Source: a bacterium | Lineage (GTDB): Bacteria; RBG-13-61-14; DATKZS01 | DNA length: 64,000 nt | Reading direction: 5' to 3' | Assembly: GCA_963674965.2 (NCBI GenBank) | Contig: CAXXFL010000002.1 | Span: 192,001 to 256,000 of the forward strand | Shown: positions 9,350-19,735 of the stretch, one piece after another | How positions within the stretch are numbered: position 1 is the stretch's first letter | Layout: every line of letters begins with the position of its first letter | Made by a program: the position numbers and the translations under genes | Notes under the pieces: generated by a model | What the model saw: the letters and a program-made list of their open reading frames with translations, nothing else | Told to the model about the DNA's origin: nothing | Database searches by the model: none

Positions 9350-9535
9350 TGGCCTTTTGCAAAAGCCCCGATTTGGAGTGCGGCGGCTTGACGCCGCTTT
9401 TCCACCGAGCGGCTTGACGCGAGGAAAGGCTTTGAATTGATTGGCCTTGTTAAGCCAAGGACATCGAAAGCGGTCTCAAGCGACCGTACTCCAAAGCAAA
9501 TATGCCTCCAAGAAAACAGGCTATAACAGAGGCTT
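9350..9535 (+). mobile_element. Degenerate copy of 186-bp MITE carrying a REP doublet
   Basis: Aligns along its length with 44062-44247; terminal repeats eroded. Confidence 0.75.
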
Positions 9536-11400
9536 CAAAGTCTGGTGATTTCGAGCCGCGTCACTTCCAGATACCCATACCCCGTGAAAAGCACCCGGGT
9601 TTCGACATAAGATGGCCACACGTGTCCTTCTACAGTGAAAGTGTCTGTAATTGTAGATAACTCTCCGCCAATGTCGGGAAGGGCTTTTTTCTCCGTCCTT
9701 TTTTTGCCCACTATAACGTCCCACTTTCCGGCCGGCTCGCTATTTTCCCCCAGGCTTGAATATTCAATCTTCAGCATGTAATCGCCAGGTTCGAGGAACC
9801 GGTAGGGGCCATAAATAAGATGCCCCTTTACATGCCGGCCGCTCTGGGCGTAACGGGCCGTTCCTTTAAGTTCACCCACGTTGGAGGGGAGGTCTGCGGC
9901 ATGATAGCCCAGAGGGCCTTTGTCCGGAGTGGCGAAGAAAAGCATAATAAAACAACAAAGCATGATGGCGGCCCGGACGCGGTTTATCCACCTTGCGCGG
10001 TTTAACCCGTTTATGCCAAAGGTGATCAAAACGATCGAAAAGATAAAGAAAGCATAGTTGGGCGGATGATGGAGAAAGGCGGGATTGAAGGTGAAGTTCG
10101 GCATATAGCTCGTGATGATGGGATAAAAAGTGGCGCGGGCGTAATCGGGACTCAGGGCCTCGGCTTTTAACAGGAACTGATCCCGATACCAGCCGGGGAC
10201 AAGCAAAAGCTGGAACAATAAAGCCATGGCAAAGAGCGCGTATATCGCCTTTTCATGTCGGTCCTTTATAGAACCAAGTGCAAAGGAAACGGGATAAATA
10301 AGCAAGGGATAGGAACTCCAGCCATAGCGCCCGGGAAAACAAAAGCCTCCGAATTTAACGTGGTGAAGGGAGTTTACGCCCAGGAGACTCATGTAGACCA
10401 TGAAAGCGAAAAGGAAAAATGTAAGGTTTTTTCTCGCCATGGGAACAATGCCGACAAGGGCGAGGAAGAACAGTGGGTCCATCATGAATATGCCCGAGAC
10501 CTGGTCCAGGTGATGGCCGAGAAACCCCATCACAAATGGCCAGAATTCTAAAACCAAAGAGCCCTTGCCGTAATGTCCTAAGATACTCCCGGTGTAGTGG
10601 TAATGGTAGAGCGGATAAAGCCCGATGGACGCGGCCAGCATGACGGGAGCGGCCAGAAGATATATGGGCCTCTTGAGAAGGTCGGCCGCGCCCTTTTTGC
10701 CCTCACCCAGAAAAGCAAAGCCCAGTATGACCAGGGCCGCGAGGCAGTTCTTGAAATGCAGCCAGGGCAAAAAGGCCAGGGCCAAGCCCAAAGCCAGGGC
10801 CCTGGCCGGACCTTTTTGCGGTTTTCCCCAGCCTTTCCGGCAGGCCTCGACGCAAAGGAGCGCCAGAACGCCGGTGGGTAAATCGGGAAAAATCTGGTTG
10901 GCCGCGGGCAAGAAGGGCAGGGCAAGGCAAAGGGCCAGCGCGCCAAAGACTGCCATCTTCGGCTTCCCCGTTTCCTCCAGCAGAACGCGATAGAAAATAA
11001 GGGGCAGGGCCGAGGCGAGAATGGCCATGAAGACCCTGGCGCCCGCGGTCCCGAAAAGCGCGTAGGGTACGAGAATAAGGAGTGGCACGCCCAGGTTGTG
11101 GTGGCTGAAGGTCCTTCCGTCGGGCAGGATTTCCTGGGGCTGGGGTTTAAGTCCCCTCAGGATATAGCCGTGCTCCATCTCGTCCTTAAAGTTATTGGTC
11201 AGGTCGAGGTCGAAGTCCTTCCATATACTTCTGGCGATCACCAGGTAATGCGGCTCGTCCCCCGTGATCTCATATCTCTTCTTCTTTTCCCAATCGAGCG
11301 GAATAAAGATATAGGCCACGATCGGGATAATGAGGAGCCATTCGACTCGAAAGGCAAGCGCTTGTTTCAGCGCGACCGCTGATTTGGATGGGAGAGGCAA
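9535..11400 (-). CDS. Polytopic membrane glycosyltransferase (GT-C fold) with C-terminal soluble beta domain
   Basis: GDEPHYL motif after TM1, many TM helices, C-terminal YGPYRFLEPGDY motif; lower GC than the flanks. Confidence 0.75.
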   Translation of the reverse strand: MPLPSKSAVALKQALAFRVEWLLIIPIVAYIFIPLDWEKKKRYEITGDEPHYLVIARSIWKDFDLDLTNNFKDEMEHGYILRGLKPQPQEILPDGRTFSHHNLGVPLLILVPYALFGTAGARVFMAILASALPLIFYRVLLEETGKPKMAVFGALALCLALPFLPAANQIFPDLPTGVLALLCVEACRKGWGKPQKGPARALALGLALAFLPWLHFKNCLAALVILGFAFLGEGKKGAADLLKRPIYLLAAPVMLAASIGLYPLYHYHYTGSILGHYGKGSLVLEFWPFVMGFLGHHLDQVSGIFMMDPLFFLALVGIVPMARKNLTFFLFAFMVYMSLLGVNSLHHVKFGGFCFPGRYGWSSYPLLIYPVSFALGSIKDRHEKAIYALFAMALLFQLLLVPGWYRDQFLLKAEALSPDYARATFYPIITSYMPNFTFNPAFLHHPPNYAFFIFSIVLITFGINGLNRARWINRVRAAIMLCCFIMLFFATPDKGPLGYHAADLPSNVGELKGTARYAQSGRHVKGHLIYGPYRFLEPGDYMLKIEYSSLGENSEPAGKWDVIVGKKRTEKKALPDIGGELSTITDTFTVEGHVWPSYVETRVLFTGYGYLEVTRLEITRL

Positions 11401-11426
11401 ATGGTTTTCCTTGAAGCTTTACGGCG

Positions 11427-11611
11427 GAGCCGTTGTAAAAGTCCTTTTCTTGGCGGCATAGCCGCTTTGGAGTGCTCTCGCTTGAGACCGCTTTCTATGG
11501 CCTTGGCTTGACAAGGCCAAAAAATACAAAGCCTTTCCTAGCGTCAAGCCACTCGGAAGAAAAGCGGCGTCGGGCCGCCGCGCTCCAAAGCGGGACATTT
11601 GCAAGAGGCTC
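11427..11611 (-). mobile_element. MITE copy (inverted) carrying a REP doublet
   Basis: GAGCCGTTGTAAAA...ATTTGCAAGAGGCTC; colinear with 49138-49323. Confidence 0.8.
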
Positions 11612-11788
11612 TGGTATTTCCTTATTTCCTCGCGAACTCTTAATCAAAGAAACTGGAACCATCATATATCAGGATATCCTTGCCCTTCAAACCGCATATG
11701 AGGAAAGCAATCTTTCATCTCGCCGTTTTCGGCTCTTGTCTTTCCGGCCTCTGGTCACTTTCCCTTTTTGCGTATACAATCATTATCC

Positions 11789-13141
11789 GTGGCTAAGAGG
11801 GGACATGGAACGGGCGCTCCCGTTATCGCGCTGGTGGGACGGCCCAACGTGGGCAAGTCCACGCTGTTCAACAAGCTCACCGGGGCCAGGAAAGCCCTGG
11901 TGGACGACATGCCCGGCGTGACTCGCGACCGCAACTACGGGACCATGGACTGGCTGGGCCAGAAGTGGACCCTGGTGGACACGGGCGGTCTCGATCCCAG
12001 CGCGGAGGGCGACGTGCTGGCCGAGATGCGCGTGCAGACGGAGGTGGCCATACTCGAGGCCGACGCCGTGGTCCTCATGCTGGACGGAAAGGACGGCGTG
12101 ACCCCCGGCGACCACGAGGTCTGCGGCATGCTGCGGAAGTCGGCAAAGCCCGTCTTCTACGCGGTCAATAAAATAGACGGGCCGCGCCACGAGGAGAGGG
12201 TGGCCGAATTCTACGAGCTGGGGGTCGATCTCCTGACCGGTATTTCCGCGGAGCACGGCTACGGCCTTGACGACCTTCTCGACCTGATCAAAGACAAGCT
12301 GCCCGGCGCTCCCGAGTTCGAGGAGGAGGACGAGGCTGACCTGGTCCCCCGCGTGGCCGTGGTGGGAAGGCCCAACGTGGGCAAGTCCACCTTGATCAAC
12401 TCACTCCTCGGGGAGCAAAGGCACCTGGTACACGACGAGGCCGGCACCACTCGGGACGCCGTGGACAGCCTGGTCAACCTGGGCGGTGAAAAGTTCCTCT
12501 TTATCGACACCGCCGGCATGAGAAGGAAAAGCCGGATCGACACCAGGCTCGAAAGGTACTCGGTCATGAGGACCCTGAAGAGCATCGAGCGCTGCCACCT
12601 GGCCCTCCTCCTCATGGACGCCCAGGGCGGGATCGTCGATCAGGACGCCAAGATAGCCGGACTGGCCCACGAAAGGGGAAGGGCCCTGGCCATACTCTTC
12701 AACAAGTGGGACCTCATCGAGGACAAGGAAGCCGCCAGGCAAAGGCTCGAGAGGGAAATCAAGGAAAAACTTCCCCACGTGGATTACGCCCCCGTGCTCA
12801 CCCTTTCCGCCAAGGAGGGAAAGCGGGTGGGAAAGATCGGGGACCTGGTAAGGCGGGTTATGGGGAACTTCAACCATCGGGTCACCACCGGCGAGCTAAA
12901 CCGGAACCTCGAGACCTGGGTCGAGGCACATCACCCGCCGGCCAGGGGGAAAAGGCCGCTCACCTTTTATTACGCCACCCAAAGCGGGGTGCGGCCCCCC
13001 ACCTTCGTCTTCTTCGTCAACCGGCCCGACCAGGTGCCGGCCTCATACGAGCGCTACCTGGTCAACAGGATACGCGAAACCTACGGCTTCGAGGGCTGCC
13101 CCCTCAAGACCCGCTTCCGGGCGAGGAAAAGGAAGGGATAA
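11789..13141 (+). CDS. der: Ribosome biogenesis GTPase Der (EngA)
   Basis: Two GRPNVGKS/DTxG/NKxD GTPase domains plus KH-like C-terminus; exact start uncertain. Confidence 0.97.
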   Translation: MAKRGHGTGAPVIALVGRPNVGKSTLFNKLTGARKALVDDMPGVTRDRNYGTMDWLGQKWTLVDTGGLDPSAEGDVLAEMRVQTEVAILEADAVVLMLDGKDGVTPGDHEVCGMLRKSAKPVFYAVNKIDGPRHEERVAEFYELGVDLLTGISAEHGYGLDDLLDLIKDKLPGAPEFEEEDEADLVPRVAVVGRPNVGKSTLINSLLGEQRHLVHDEAGTTRDAVDSLVNLGGEKFLFIDTAGMRRKSRIDTRLERYSVMRTLKSIERCHLALLLMDAQGGIVDQDAKIAGLAHERGRALAILFNKWDLIEDKEAARQRLEREIKEKLPHVDYAPVLTLSAKEGKRVGKIGDLVRRVMGNFNHRVTTGELNRNLETWVEAHHPPARGKRPLTFYYATQSGVRPPTFVFFVNRPDQVPASYERYLVNRIRETYGFEGCPLKTRFRARKRKG

Positions 13142-13284
13142 ATTTTTGGGCCTCTTGCCCGCTACTCCTAAAGTCTAAAGACGTCGTTAAACCTATCGTT
13201 TTCAGTAATTTCCTTTTAACGCGGAAATAATGGGCCGTAATTATGCGGGTGAAGTAAGCGAAGAGCGGTGATGATTCCCGGCAA

Positions 13285-13412
13285 GCCCGCGGCTTACGCC
13301 GCCCATGCATGATGCATGGGCGAGCCAGGCTTGTGGATCGTTGCAGAACTTTCAGTCATATTTAATTCAGGGTCGCCCACGCATTTTGCGTGGGTGAGCG
13401 TGGCGAACCGGC
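13285..13412. repeat. REP-like palindrome pair (family B)
   Basis: CCCATGCATGATGCATGGG and GGTCGCCCACGCATTTTGCGTGGG between convergent genes. Confidence 0.85.
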
Positions 13413-13484
13413 TTAATGCCTCGGCATGGAGGGCGCTTGGCGGCGGTTTTGGTTTCCGCCCGCGCGTTTGGCCGGTAAGTTCGT

Positions 13485-14273
13485 CTATCTTCTTTTCGCG
13501 CCGACGTTCCTCATGTCCTTTAAGAACGGGAACCTGGACCTTACGCTCCGCGTCTCGTCGGGATCGATCTCGATGGCAACGTACTCGAGGCCGGACCCCG
13601 CGAGGAGCAGCTCTTTGCCGAGGGGACAGTACGCGGCCGAGCCGCCGGCGTATTGGATTCCGTTGCCGTCCCGGCCCGTCCGGTTTACTCCGATCGTAAA
13701 GCACTGGTTCTCGATGGCCCGGGCCTTGAGCAGGGCATGGAAGTGATCGGCCCGGGACTCGGGCCAGTTGGCGATGACCAGGATCAGGCTTACGTCCCTG
13801 GCCACGCGGCGGAAGACCTCGGGGAAGCGGAGGTCGTAGCAGATGAAAACGGCCGCCGGAACGCCCGCCAGCAGGAATGGCCCCAACTCGTCGCCGGGAA
13901 CGAATACCTTGTCCTCCCCCGCCAGGCTGAAAGGATGTATCTTCTCGGCCTTCATGAGGATCGAGCCGTCCGGGCCAATGGCCGCCGCCAGGTTCCGGGC
14001 CTTGTCGCTCGAGGCCTTCTCCGCGTAGCCCGCCACCACCGTTATCTTGTGGCGCCCGGCCATCTCCTTCAGGCCCCGCTCGGTGGGCCCGTCCCAGTCC
14101 TCGGCCACTTTCGCCACGTTCATGGAGAAGCCCGTCGAGAACGTCTCGGGAAAGATTATCGCGTCCATCCCCTCGTCGGCCGCCCTCTTGATGAAGACCT
14201 CCGCCCGGGCAAGGTTGGCCTCCTTGTCCTCCCACCTGGCGTCGAACTGTATCAATGCAAGCTTCATGGCCAT
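13485..14273 (-). CDS. Carbon-nitrogen hydrolase (nitrilase family, omega-amidase-like)
   Basis: FPE, KIHPF, ICYDLRFPE, ARAIENQ (Glu-Lys-Cys triad). Confidence 0.92.
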   Translation of the reverse strand: MAMKLALIQFDARWEDKEANLARAEVFIKRAADEGMDAIIFPETFSTGFSMNVAKVAEDWDGPTERGLKEMAGRHKITVVAGYAEKASSDKARNLAAAIGPDGSILMKAEKIHPFSLAGEDKVFVPGDELGPFLLAGVPAAVFICYDLRFPEVFRRVARDVSLILVIANWPESRADHFHALLKARAIENQCFTIGVNRTGRDGNGIQYAGGSAAYCPLGKELLLAGSGLEYVAIEIDPDETRSVRSRFPFLKDMRNVGAKRR

Positions 14274-14392
14274 CGAAAATTATAGCGGCCGAACGCGAGC
14301 GGGTCCAGTGGCGGCGGGCTGAACTCTTCTGACGCCAACCGTATTGATCGGTCCATTATAAAGTGGATAAGCAAAAAATCGCTTAATCAGGA

Positions 14393-15198
14393 CACTGCTG
14401 TCCAAAATAGGACGGACCTTGCCTTTGCCCCATTATAAAACGGGGATTCAGATGGTCAGACTATGGGTTTCCAGGTTGAGGTTATCCCTTTTTTTCCCGC
14501 CGGGGCTGTCCAAGACCGCTGATGGGAAGATATAGTTGCTCGGGTTTGGGCACGATCGGCTCCACGCCGAAGGGATTGTGCAGCCATTCCGTCAAATCCC
14601 GATAAGTAAAGAGGTTCAGCCGCGGCATGGAGGCCAGGTTCGAGAACGACCAGCCGGCCATGGATATGTAATGGAGCCACTTTAAAATAAGGATGGCGAT
14701 CAAGGCTGTCCAAATCTGGATGAGCGGCGCGTTCTCGCTCGTGCCCACGAAGGACTTGATTTTGAGGTTTTGTTTCAGGGCCTTGAAGAATATCTCGATC
14801 TCCCACCGGTCCTAATAAAGCGCGGCGGGCCGGTTTTTGTTGGCGTAGGCGAGGGTCGACTTGTTGGGGTCCTTTTTGACGCCGAGGTGGACGAGCTCGC
14901 CCATGCAGCACTTGAGTCCGTTGCAGATTTCACGCGGGGAGTCGGCCCTCGCGAGTTGGCGGAACATCATGGCCACGAACTGGTCCCAGCAGGTGAAGCC
15001 CTTGGCCTTGTACTCGGCGTTGTTTTTCCTGACCAGGGCCGCGAACTCGGAGCGGGGAAAATGTTTCAATACTTGACTGAACAGGCTGGATACGCGTACC
15101 ATAGTATAGTCCTCCTTGTTGCCATGGATTTTTGTGTAATAAAAGTATCCCACGGCATGGAGGACTTTTCATTTGAAAAGCTATCTTGGACAAGAGTG
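14393..15198 (-). mobile_element. Internally deleted IS4-family element (806 bp)
   Basis: Terminal IRs CACTGCTGTCCAAAATAG / CACTCTTGTCCAAGATAG enclose a transposase remnant. Confidence 0.85.
14482..15102 (-). pseudogene. IS4 transposase pseudogene (DUF4372-type N-terminus joined to C-terminus)
   Basis: MVRVSSLFSQ...FTCWDQF...STLAYAN..RPAALY* continues in frame into DRWEIEIFFKALKQNLKIKSFVGTSENA; central DDE region missing. Confidence 0.88.
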
Positions 15199-15319
15199 TT
15201 CTTTCCTTGTCTTTCATTTCATCCTCTCCGCCCGCGCGCATTGGCGATCAGATTCTCTATCCAACTCCACTTTTAAATACGACCGGCTTTATTTTTCAAG
15301 CCGCCACCCACCCGGCCAA

Positions 15320-15354
15320 GAAAAAGCGCGAGGGCTTTTGGTCCCCCGCGCTTT
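15320..15354 (-). terminator. Rho-independent terminator after ilvE
   Basis: GCGCGGGGG/CCCTCGCGC hairpin followed by T-run on the minus strand. Confidence 0.65.
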
Positions 15355-15374
15355 GGGTTTGGTTATTTTGATCT

Positions 15375-16445
15375 TCAGGTCTCGATGACCACGGTCCATC
15401 CGTGGGGGTCGTCGAGCTTGCCGTACTGGATGCCGGTGATGGTATCGTAGAGCTTCTGGGCGAGGGGACCCACCTTTCCGCCGCCGATGGTGACGGTCTT
15501 TTCCTTGAAGGCAAGGGAACCCACGGCGGAAATGACCGCTGCCGTGCCCGTGCCGAAGCTCTCCTTTAACTCCCCGCTCTGGGCGGCGTCCATTACCTCG
15601 CCGATCGATAGCCTCCGCTCGCTCACCTTCATGCCCCAGTCCCTGGCCAGCTGGATCACGCTGTCGCGGGTCACGCCGGGCAGGATGGTGCCGGTAAGGG
15701 GCGATGTAACCAACTCGTCGCCTATAAGGAAGAAAATGTTCGAGGTCCCCACCTCCTCGATCCACTTGCGCTCGTTGCCGTCCAGCCACAGGACCTGGGT
15801 AAAGCCCTTGGCCGCGGCGCGCTGGGCGGCGAGCAGGCTGGCGGCGTAGTTGGCGGGGGTCTTGGCCTCGCCCAGGCCGCCGATGGCCGCCCGGATGAAC
15901 TCGTCCTCCACCAGTATCTTCACCGGCGCGAAGCCCTCCTTGTAGTAGGCCCCAACCGGGGACAGGATGATGAAGAAGATGTACCTGTCCGACACGTGGA
16001 CCCCGAGGAAGGGCTCGGTGGCGATCACCGTGGGCCGGATGTAAAGGGCCGTGCCCGCGCTTTTGGGCACCCACCTCGAGTCGGCCGCCACCAGCTCGGT
16101 GATGGCCTGAAGGTGGTCGGCCTCGTCCAGCCTGGGTATGCAGAGCCGGTCGTTGGACCTGTTCATCCTGTCGATGTTGGCCTGGGGCCGAAAGAGGATG
16201 ATCCTGTCGCCCGCGTGGAAAGCCTTCAGCCCCTCGAAGGTGGCCTGGCCGTAATGGAGCATGATGGTGGCCGGGTCCAGCGTGAAGGGCCCGTAAGGTA
16301 CAATCCTTGGGTCATACCATCCTTTGTCCTTTTGATAGTCCATGATGAACATGTGGTCGGTGAACGCCTGGCCGAACCCGAGCTTGTCCTCGGGGGGCAT
16401 GACGCCCTGTTTTCCGGACTTGGTGATGGAAATCTCCAGGGTCAT
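15375..16445 (-). CDS. ilvE: Branched-chain amino acid aminotransferase
   Basis: LHYGQATFEGLKA, LYIRP, AKTPANY, EEVGTSN, ILPGVTR, GTAA. Confidence 0.95.
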   Translation of the reverse strand: MTLEISITKSGKQGVMPPEDKLGFGQAFTDHMFIMDYQKDKGWYDPRIVPYGPFTLDPATIMLHYGQATFEGLKAFHAGDRIILFRPQANIDRMNRSNDRLCIPRLDEADHLQAITELVAADSRWVPKSAGTALYIRPTVIATEPFLGVHVSDRYIFFIILSPVGAYYKEGFAPVKILVEDEFIRAAIGGLGEAKTPANYAASLLAAQRAAAKGFTQVLWLDGNERKWIEEVGTSNIFFLIGDELVTSPLTGTILPGVTRDSVIQLARDWGMKVSERRLSIGEVMDAAQSGELKESFGTGTAAVISAVGSLAFKEKTVTIGGGKVGPLAQKLYDTITGIQYGKLDDPHGWTVVIET

Positions 16446-16589
16446 TACAATTGTACCTCCTTAAATTAAGCTAAATAAATATGTATACTCCCAAACGGCC
16501 ACGAGGTCAAAAGCGGACCGGTTTGGGAAAACAAATAAATTAGGAAGCCGAAAAAACGTTGGCTAACGCCATCGATTCCGAGGCCAAAA

Positions 16590-16951
16590 GCCCGTTCGCT
16601 TCGCTCACCCACGCAATATGCGTGGGCGACCCGGAATGGTGGAGGCTGGAGGTTGTTTACAAGACCCATGAGCATGGGTCGATATTACAATCAGGGTCGC
16701 CCATGCATCATGCATGGGCGGCGCAAGCCGCGGGCTGATTTCCTCACGCCTCCATTATTCTCTTACTAAGAACGAATATTAGTCTCTTTATAATCTTCTA
16801 ACCCCGCGTCCACAGCCCGTTCGCTTCGCTCACCCACGCAATATGCGTGGGCGACCCTGATTCGTGCCGTGGTTGGAAATCAGGCAATGAGCTTCAAGCC
16901 AGGGTCGCCCATGCATCATGCATGGGCGGCGCAAGCCGCGGGCTGATTTCC
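16590..16951. repeat. BIME-like array of four alternating REP palindromes (family B)
   Basis: Units at ~16590, 16693, 16815 and 16901 in alternating orientation. Confidence 0.88.
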
Positions 16952-16976
16952 TATACCATGGGGCCGGGAATTTTGA

Positions 16977-17891
16977 TTACGTCCGGGCCAGGAAGTCCAG
17001 GATATGGCCGGCGATCTCCTCGCCCTTGTCCTCCTGGAGGAAGTGGCCGGCGCCCTTGATGGCAATCTCCGGCTGCTCTTTGGCCGTTGGAATGATGAAG
17101 CGAAAATATACGTCGCCCATCCTGGTGATGGGGTCCCCATCCGAGAAAAGGGGAATGGCCGGCTTGTTCCAGGTCTTGAGGAACTCCTGGGCCGCCTTCA
17201 GCTCGGGCGCGGCCTCGTACTCGGGCGTGACCGGGACCATGAGCGGCCAGGCCCTGGCGCCGGCCTTGTACTCGGGGCCGGGGAAAGGCGCCTCGTAGGC
17301 GGCCATCACCTCGGGCGCCATCGCGAGGCCCTTGCCTATGGGATGTTCCTCGTCCAGCTCGAGGAATCCTCCCTTTAATATCTCGCCGATGGGAAGCTCG
17401 TCGGTTGCCTTGACGTAATTGATCCACGTGGTCAGGGCCGGCGGAAGCGGTCCCTCCCCGGTGGGAAGGCCCGTGTTCATGATGACCAGACGGGAGAAGC
17501 GCTCGGGCATGAGGCTGACCACCCGGAGGCCGATCAGTCCGCCCCAGTCCTGGCACGCGAGCGTGATATCCTTGAGGTCCAGCTTCTCGATAAGGGACAT
17601 GATCGTGTCCCGGTGCATCTTGTAGGAATACTCGCCCACCTCGGTGAACTTGTCCGAGCGCCCGAACCCGATGAAGTCCGGCGCGAGGACCCGGTGGTCT
17701 TTGGAGAGGGCCGGGACCATCTTCCGGTAAAGATAGCTCCAGCTCGGCTCGCCGTGCAGGCAGAGGATGGGCTCGCCCGACCCCTCGTCCACGTAATGGA
17801 CGCGCGTCTGGCCTAGCTGGGCGTAGTTGGGCCTATACGGATATCCCGGCAGGTCCTTGAATCTATCGTCAGGCGTTCTGATGACGGCCAT
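16977..17891 (-). CDS. Haloalkane dehalogenase-family alpha/beta hydrolase
   Basis: IRTPDDRF, HGEPSW, GFGRSDK, QDWGG nucleophile, GHFLQED. Confidence 0.88.
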   Translation of the reverse strand: MAVIRTPDDRFKDLPGYPYRPNYAQLGQTRVHYVDEGSGEPILCLHGEPSWSYLYRKMVPALSKDHRVLAPDFIGFGRSDKFTEVGEYSYKMHRDTIMSLIEKLDLKDITLACQDWGGLIGLRVVSLMPERFSRLVIMNTGLPTGEGPLPPALTTWINYVKATDELPIGEILKGGFLELDEEHPIGKGLAMAPEVMAAYEAPFPGPEYKAGARAWPLMVPVTPEYEAAPELKAAQEFLKTWNKPAIPLFSDGDPITRMGDVYFRFIIPTAKEQPEIAIKGAGHFLQEDKGEEIAGHILDFLART

Positions 17892-17914
17892 GGTCCCTCT
17901 CCTTGTAAGTCCGA

Positions 17915-19735
17915 TTACTTGGCCAGGTTCTCGAGGAAGCTTAGCCTTTTGCCGCCCTTGCCGATAAACTCGGTGACTTTATCCAGGCCGGCGCCCGCCA
18001 CGATGCTTCCATCCTTGATCGGCTCCGGGCGATGCATGCCTCTTCCCTTTTTGACCAGCACCTCGTCGCCGTAGGTATTGTAGTAGGTCCAGCGGACCGG
18101 AGTCTCGTGGGACTTGGGCCCTCCGTTATTAAGCTTGGCTTTCTTCTTGACGCCGTGGGTAATATACCTGGCCATGCCCCTGGTCAGAAGGGTGGGCGGT
18201 CCGATCTCCTTTTTATAGCGGTCCTCCAGGGCGGCCGCCTTCCTTCGTACCTCGTCGCTCGGGTGATGGGTCTTGATCGAGTGCATGAACGAGTAAAAGC
18301 CCGAGGCGATGAGCTTGTCGCGCTTGGCCAGGGCCTGGCGGAAGGGGTCCTGGTCGTTTTTATATTTGGCGTAGGCGTCCATCACGCTTTCCATCATCTG
18401 CATGGTGGGCGGCCCGTTCACGTCTCTCAGCCGGTCGTGGGCGTACTCGAACATCTCGCTGACCTCTTCCCGCGTGATGTTCTTGTAGGAGAACAACTGA
18501 TCGCCCCAGAAGTGGGCGTCCTCCCACCGGTAGGAATCGAGAATCCGCTCCTCCTCCAACATGCGGTCGTATAGCTCCGTTCCCGGGCAGGGAAGGATAT
18601 GCGATATCTGGTAGAACATGGGCTTCAATTGCACGAACTGCTCGATGTCCTCCTTCAAGTTCTCCTTGGTGTGGAAGTCGAACCCAACCACCATGGAACC
18701 GGTGGGCTGAATCCCGTGGGTACGCAAGCCCTCGAAGACCTCCTTGACCTGGTTGCCCTGGCGTTTCTGGTAGGTGTCCGAGGTCTCGTTCTCGCCCGCG
18801 AGAAAACTCTCGACCCCGATCCATACCATCTGGCAGCCGTTGTCCCTTATCTCCTCGGGCGTGAACTGGGAAAGGGACCTGATCGAGCCGAAGGTGTAAT
18901 ACCTCACTCCCCAGGTGCTCTTGTGAGAGCGAAGGAGCCTTCCCAGTTCGTGGACGTATTCCTTGTTGATGAAAAAATCCTCGTCCCAGAGCATGATAAG
19001 AAGTTCCCTAAAGCCCATGCGGCGCTGGAAGTTCCGGATAAAGCGGTAGACCTGCTCGGGCTCGGCCACGTAGATTTTATTCCTCTTGAAGAAGGCGCTG
19101 GTGTTGCAGAAGTCGCAGCCGCTGGGGCATCCCAGGCTGACGAGTATGGAGGGAATTCGAAGGCGGGCGCCGTCCGATTTAATCCCGCCCGAGTGTCCGA
19201 GGAACCCGCTTATGGAGAACATGGGCATGTTGTACTGGGTGATCTCCCTGTCGATGGGCTCGTCGCCCAGGACCCGGCGCAGGAAGCGCACTCCTTCCTC
19301 GCGGCAGAGGAAGTCGGCGTTCTCGCGGATGTAGTCGGCGTCGCCCTCGACGTCGCCGGGAACGGGCGTGGACAGGGCCGAGACCCCGTATCCGCCCACG
19401 ATGATCTTTGTGTCGGGACACTTCTCCCGCGTCAGTTTGATCATCCGGGCTATCTTGGCGGTGTGAAGGCTTTTGAGCTGGAAGCCCACGTAATCGTAGC
19501 CGTTCTCGAGTTCGGCCTCGAAGTCCTCCCAGGTGGGGTTCTCGAGCACCGTGGTCGGGTTGGTGACGTTTTCCGCCAAAAGATAAAGCGCGAAGTAATG
19601 GCCATACATGTCGAGCTGGAAATCCCCGTGCTTTCTGGTCCACCTGGTACTCATAAGGTTGAGGGGGTCCTCGCCCCGGAGGGGGGCGTTGGGGCAGTAG
19701 CTCGCCGTTAAAAGAACTCTCGGTTTGTTATTCAA
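17915..19735 (-). CDS. Cobalamin-binding-domain radical SAM protein
   Basis: N-terminal B12-binding-like segment (IIVGGYG), GCPSGCDFC, IGVES, PGT.LY; TTG start. Confidence 0.85.
   Translation of the reverse strand: MNNKPRVLLTASYCPNAPLRGEDPLNLMSTRWTRKHGDFQLDMYGHYFALYLLAENVTNPTTVLENPTWEDFEAELENGYDYVGFQLKSLHTAKIARMIKLTREKCPDTKIIVGGYGVSALSTPVPGDVEGDADYIRENADFLCREEGVRFLRRVLGDEPIDREITQYNMPMFSISGFLGHSGGIKSDGARLRIPSILVSLGCPSGCDFCNTSAFFKRNKIYVAEPEQVYRFIRNFQRRMGFRELLIMLWDEDFFINKEYVHELGRLLRSHKSTWGVRYYTFGSIRSLSQFTPEEIRDNGCQMVWIGVESFLAGENETSDTYQKRQGNQVKEVFEGLRTHGIQPTGSMVVGFDFHTKENLKEDIEQFVQLKPMFYQISHILPCPGTELYDRMLEEERILDSYRWEDAHFWGDQLFSYKNITREEVSEMFEYAHDRLRDVNGPPTMQMMESVMDAYAKYKNDQDPFRQALAKRDKLIASGFYSFMHSIKTHHPSDEVRRKAAALEDRYKKEIGPPTLLTRGMARYITHGVKKKAKLNNGGPKSHETPVRWTYYNTYGDEVLVKKGRGMHRPEPIKDGSIVAGAGLDKVTEFIGKGGKRLSFLENLAK

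Noticed and set aside
16590-16951. CRISPR-like appearance of the repeat arrays (also 21606-22076)
   Set aside because: Units alternate in orientation and type, spacers are partly homologous, no cas genes; fits REP/BIME
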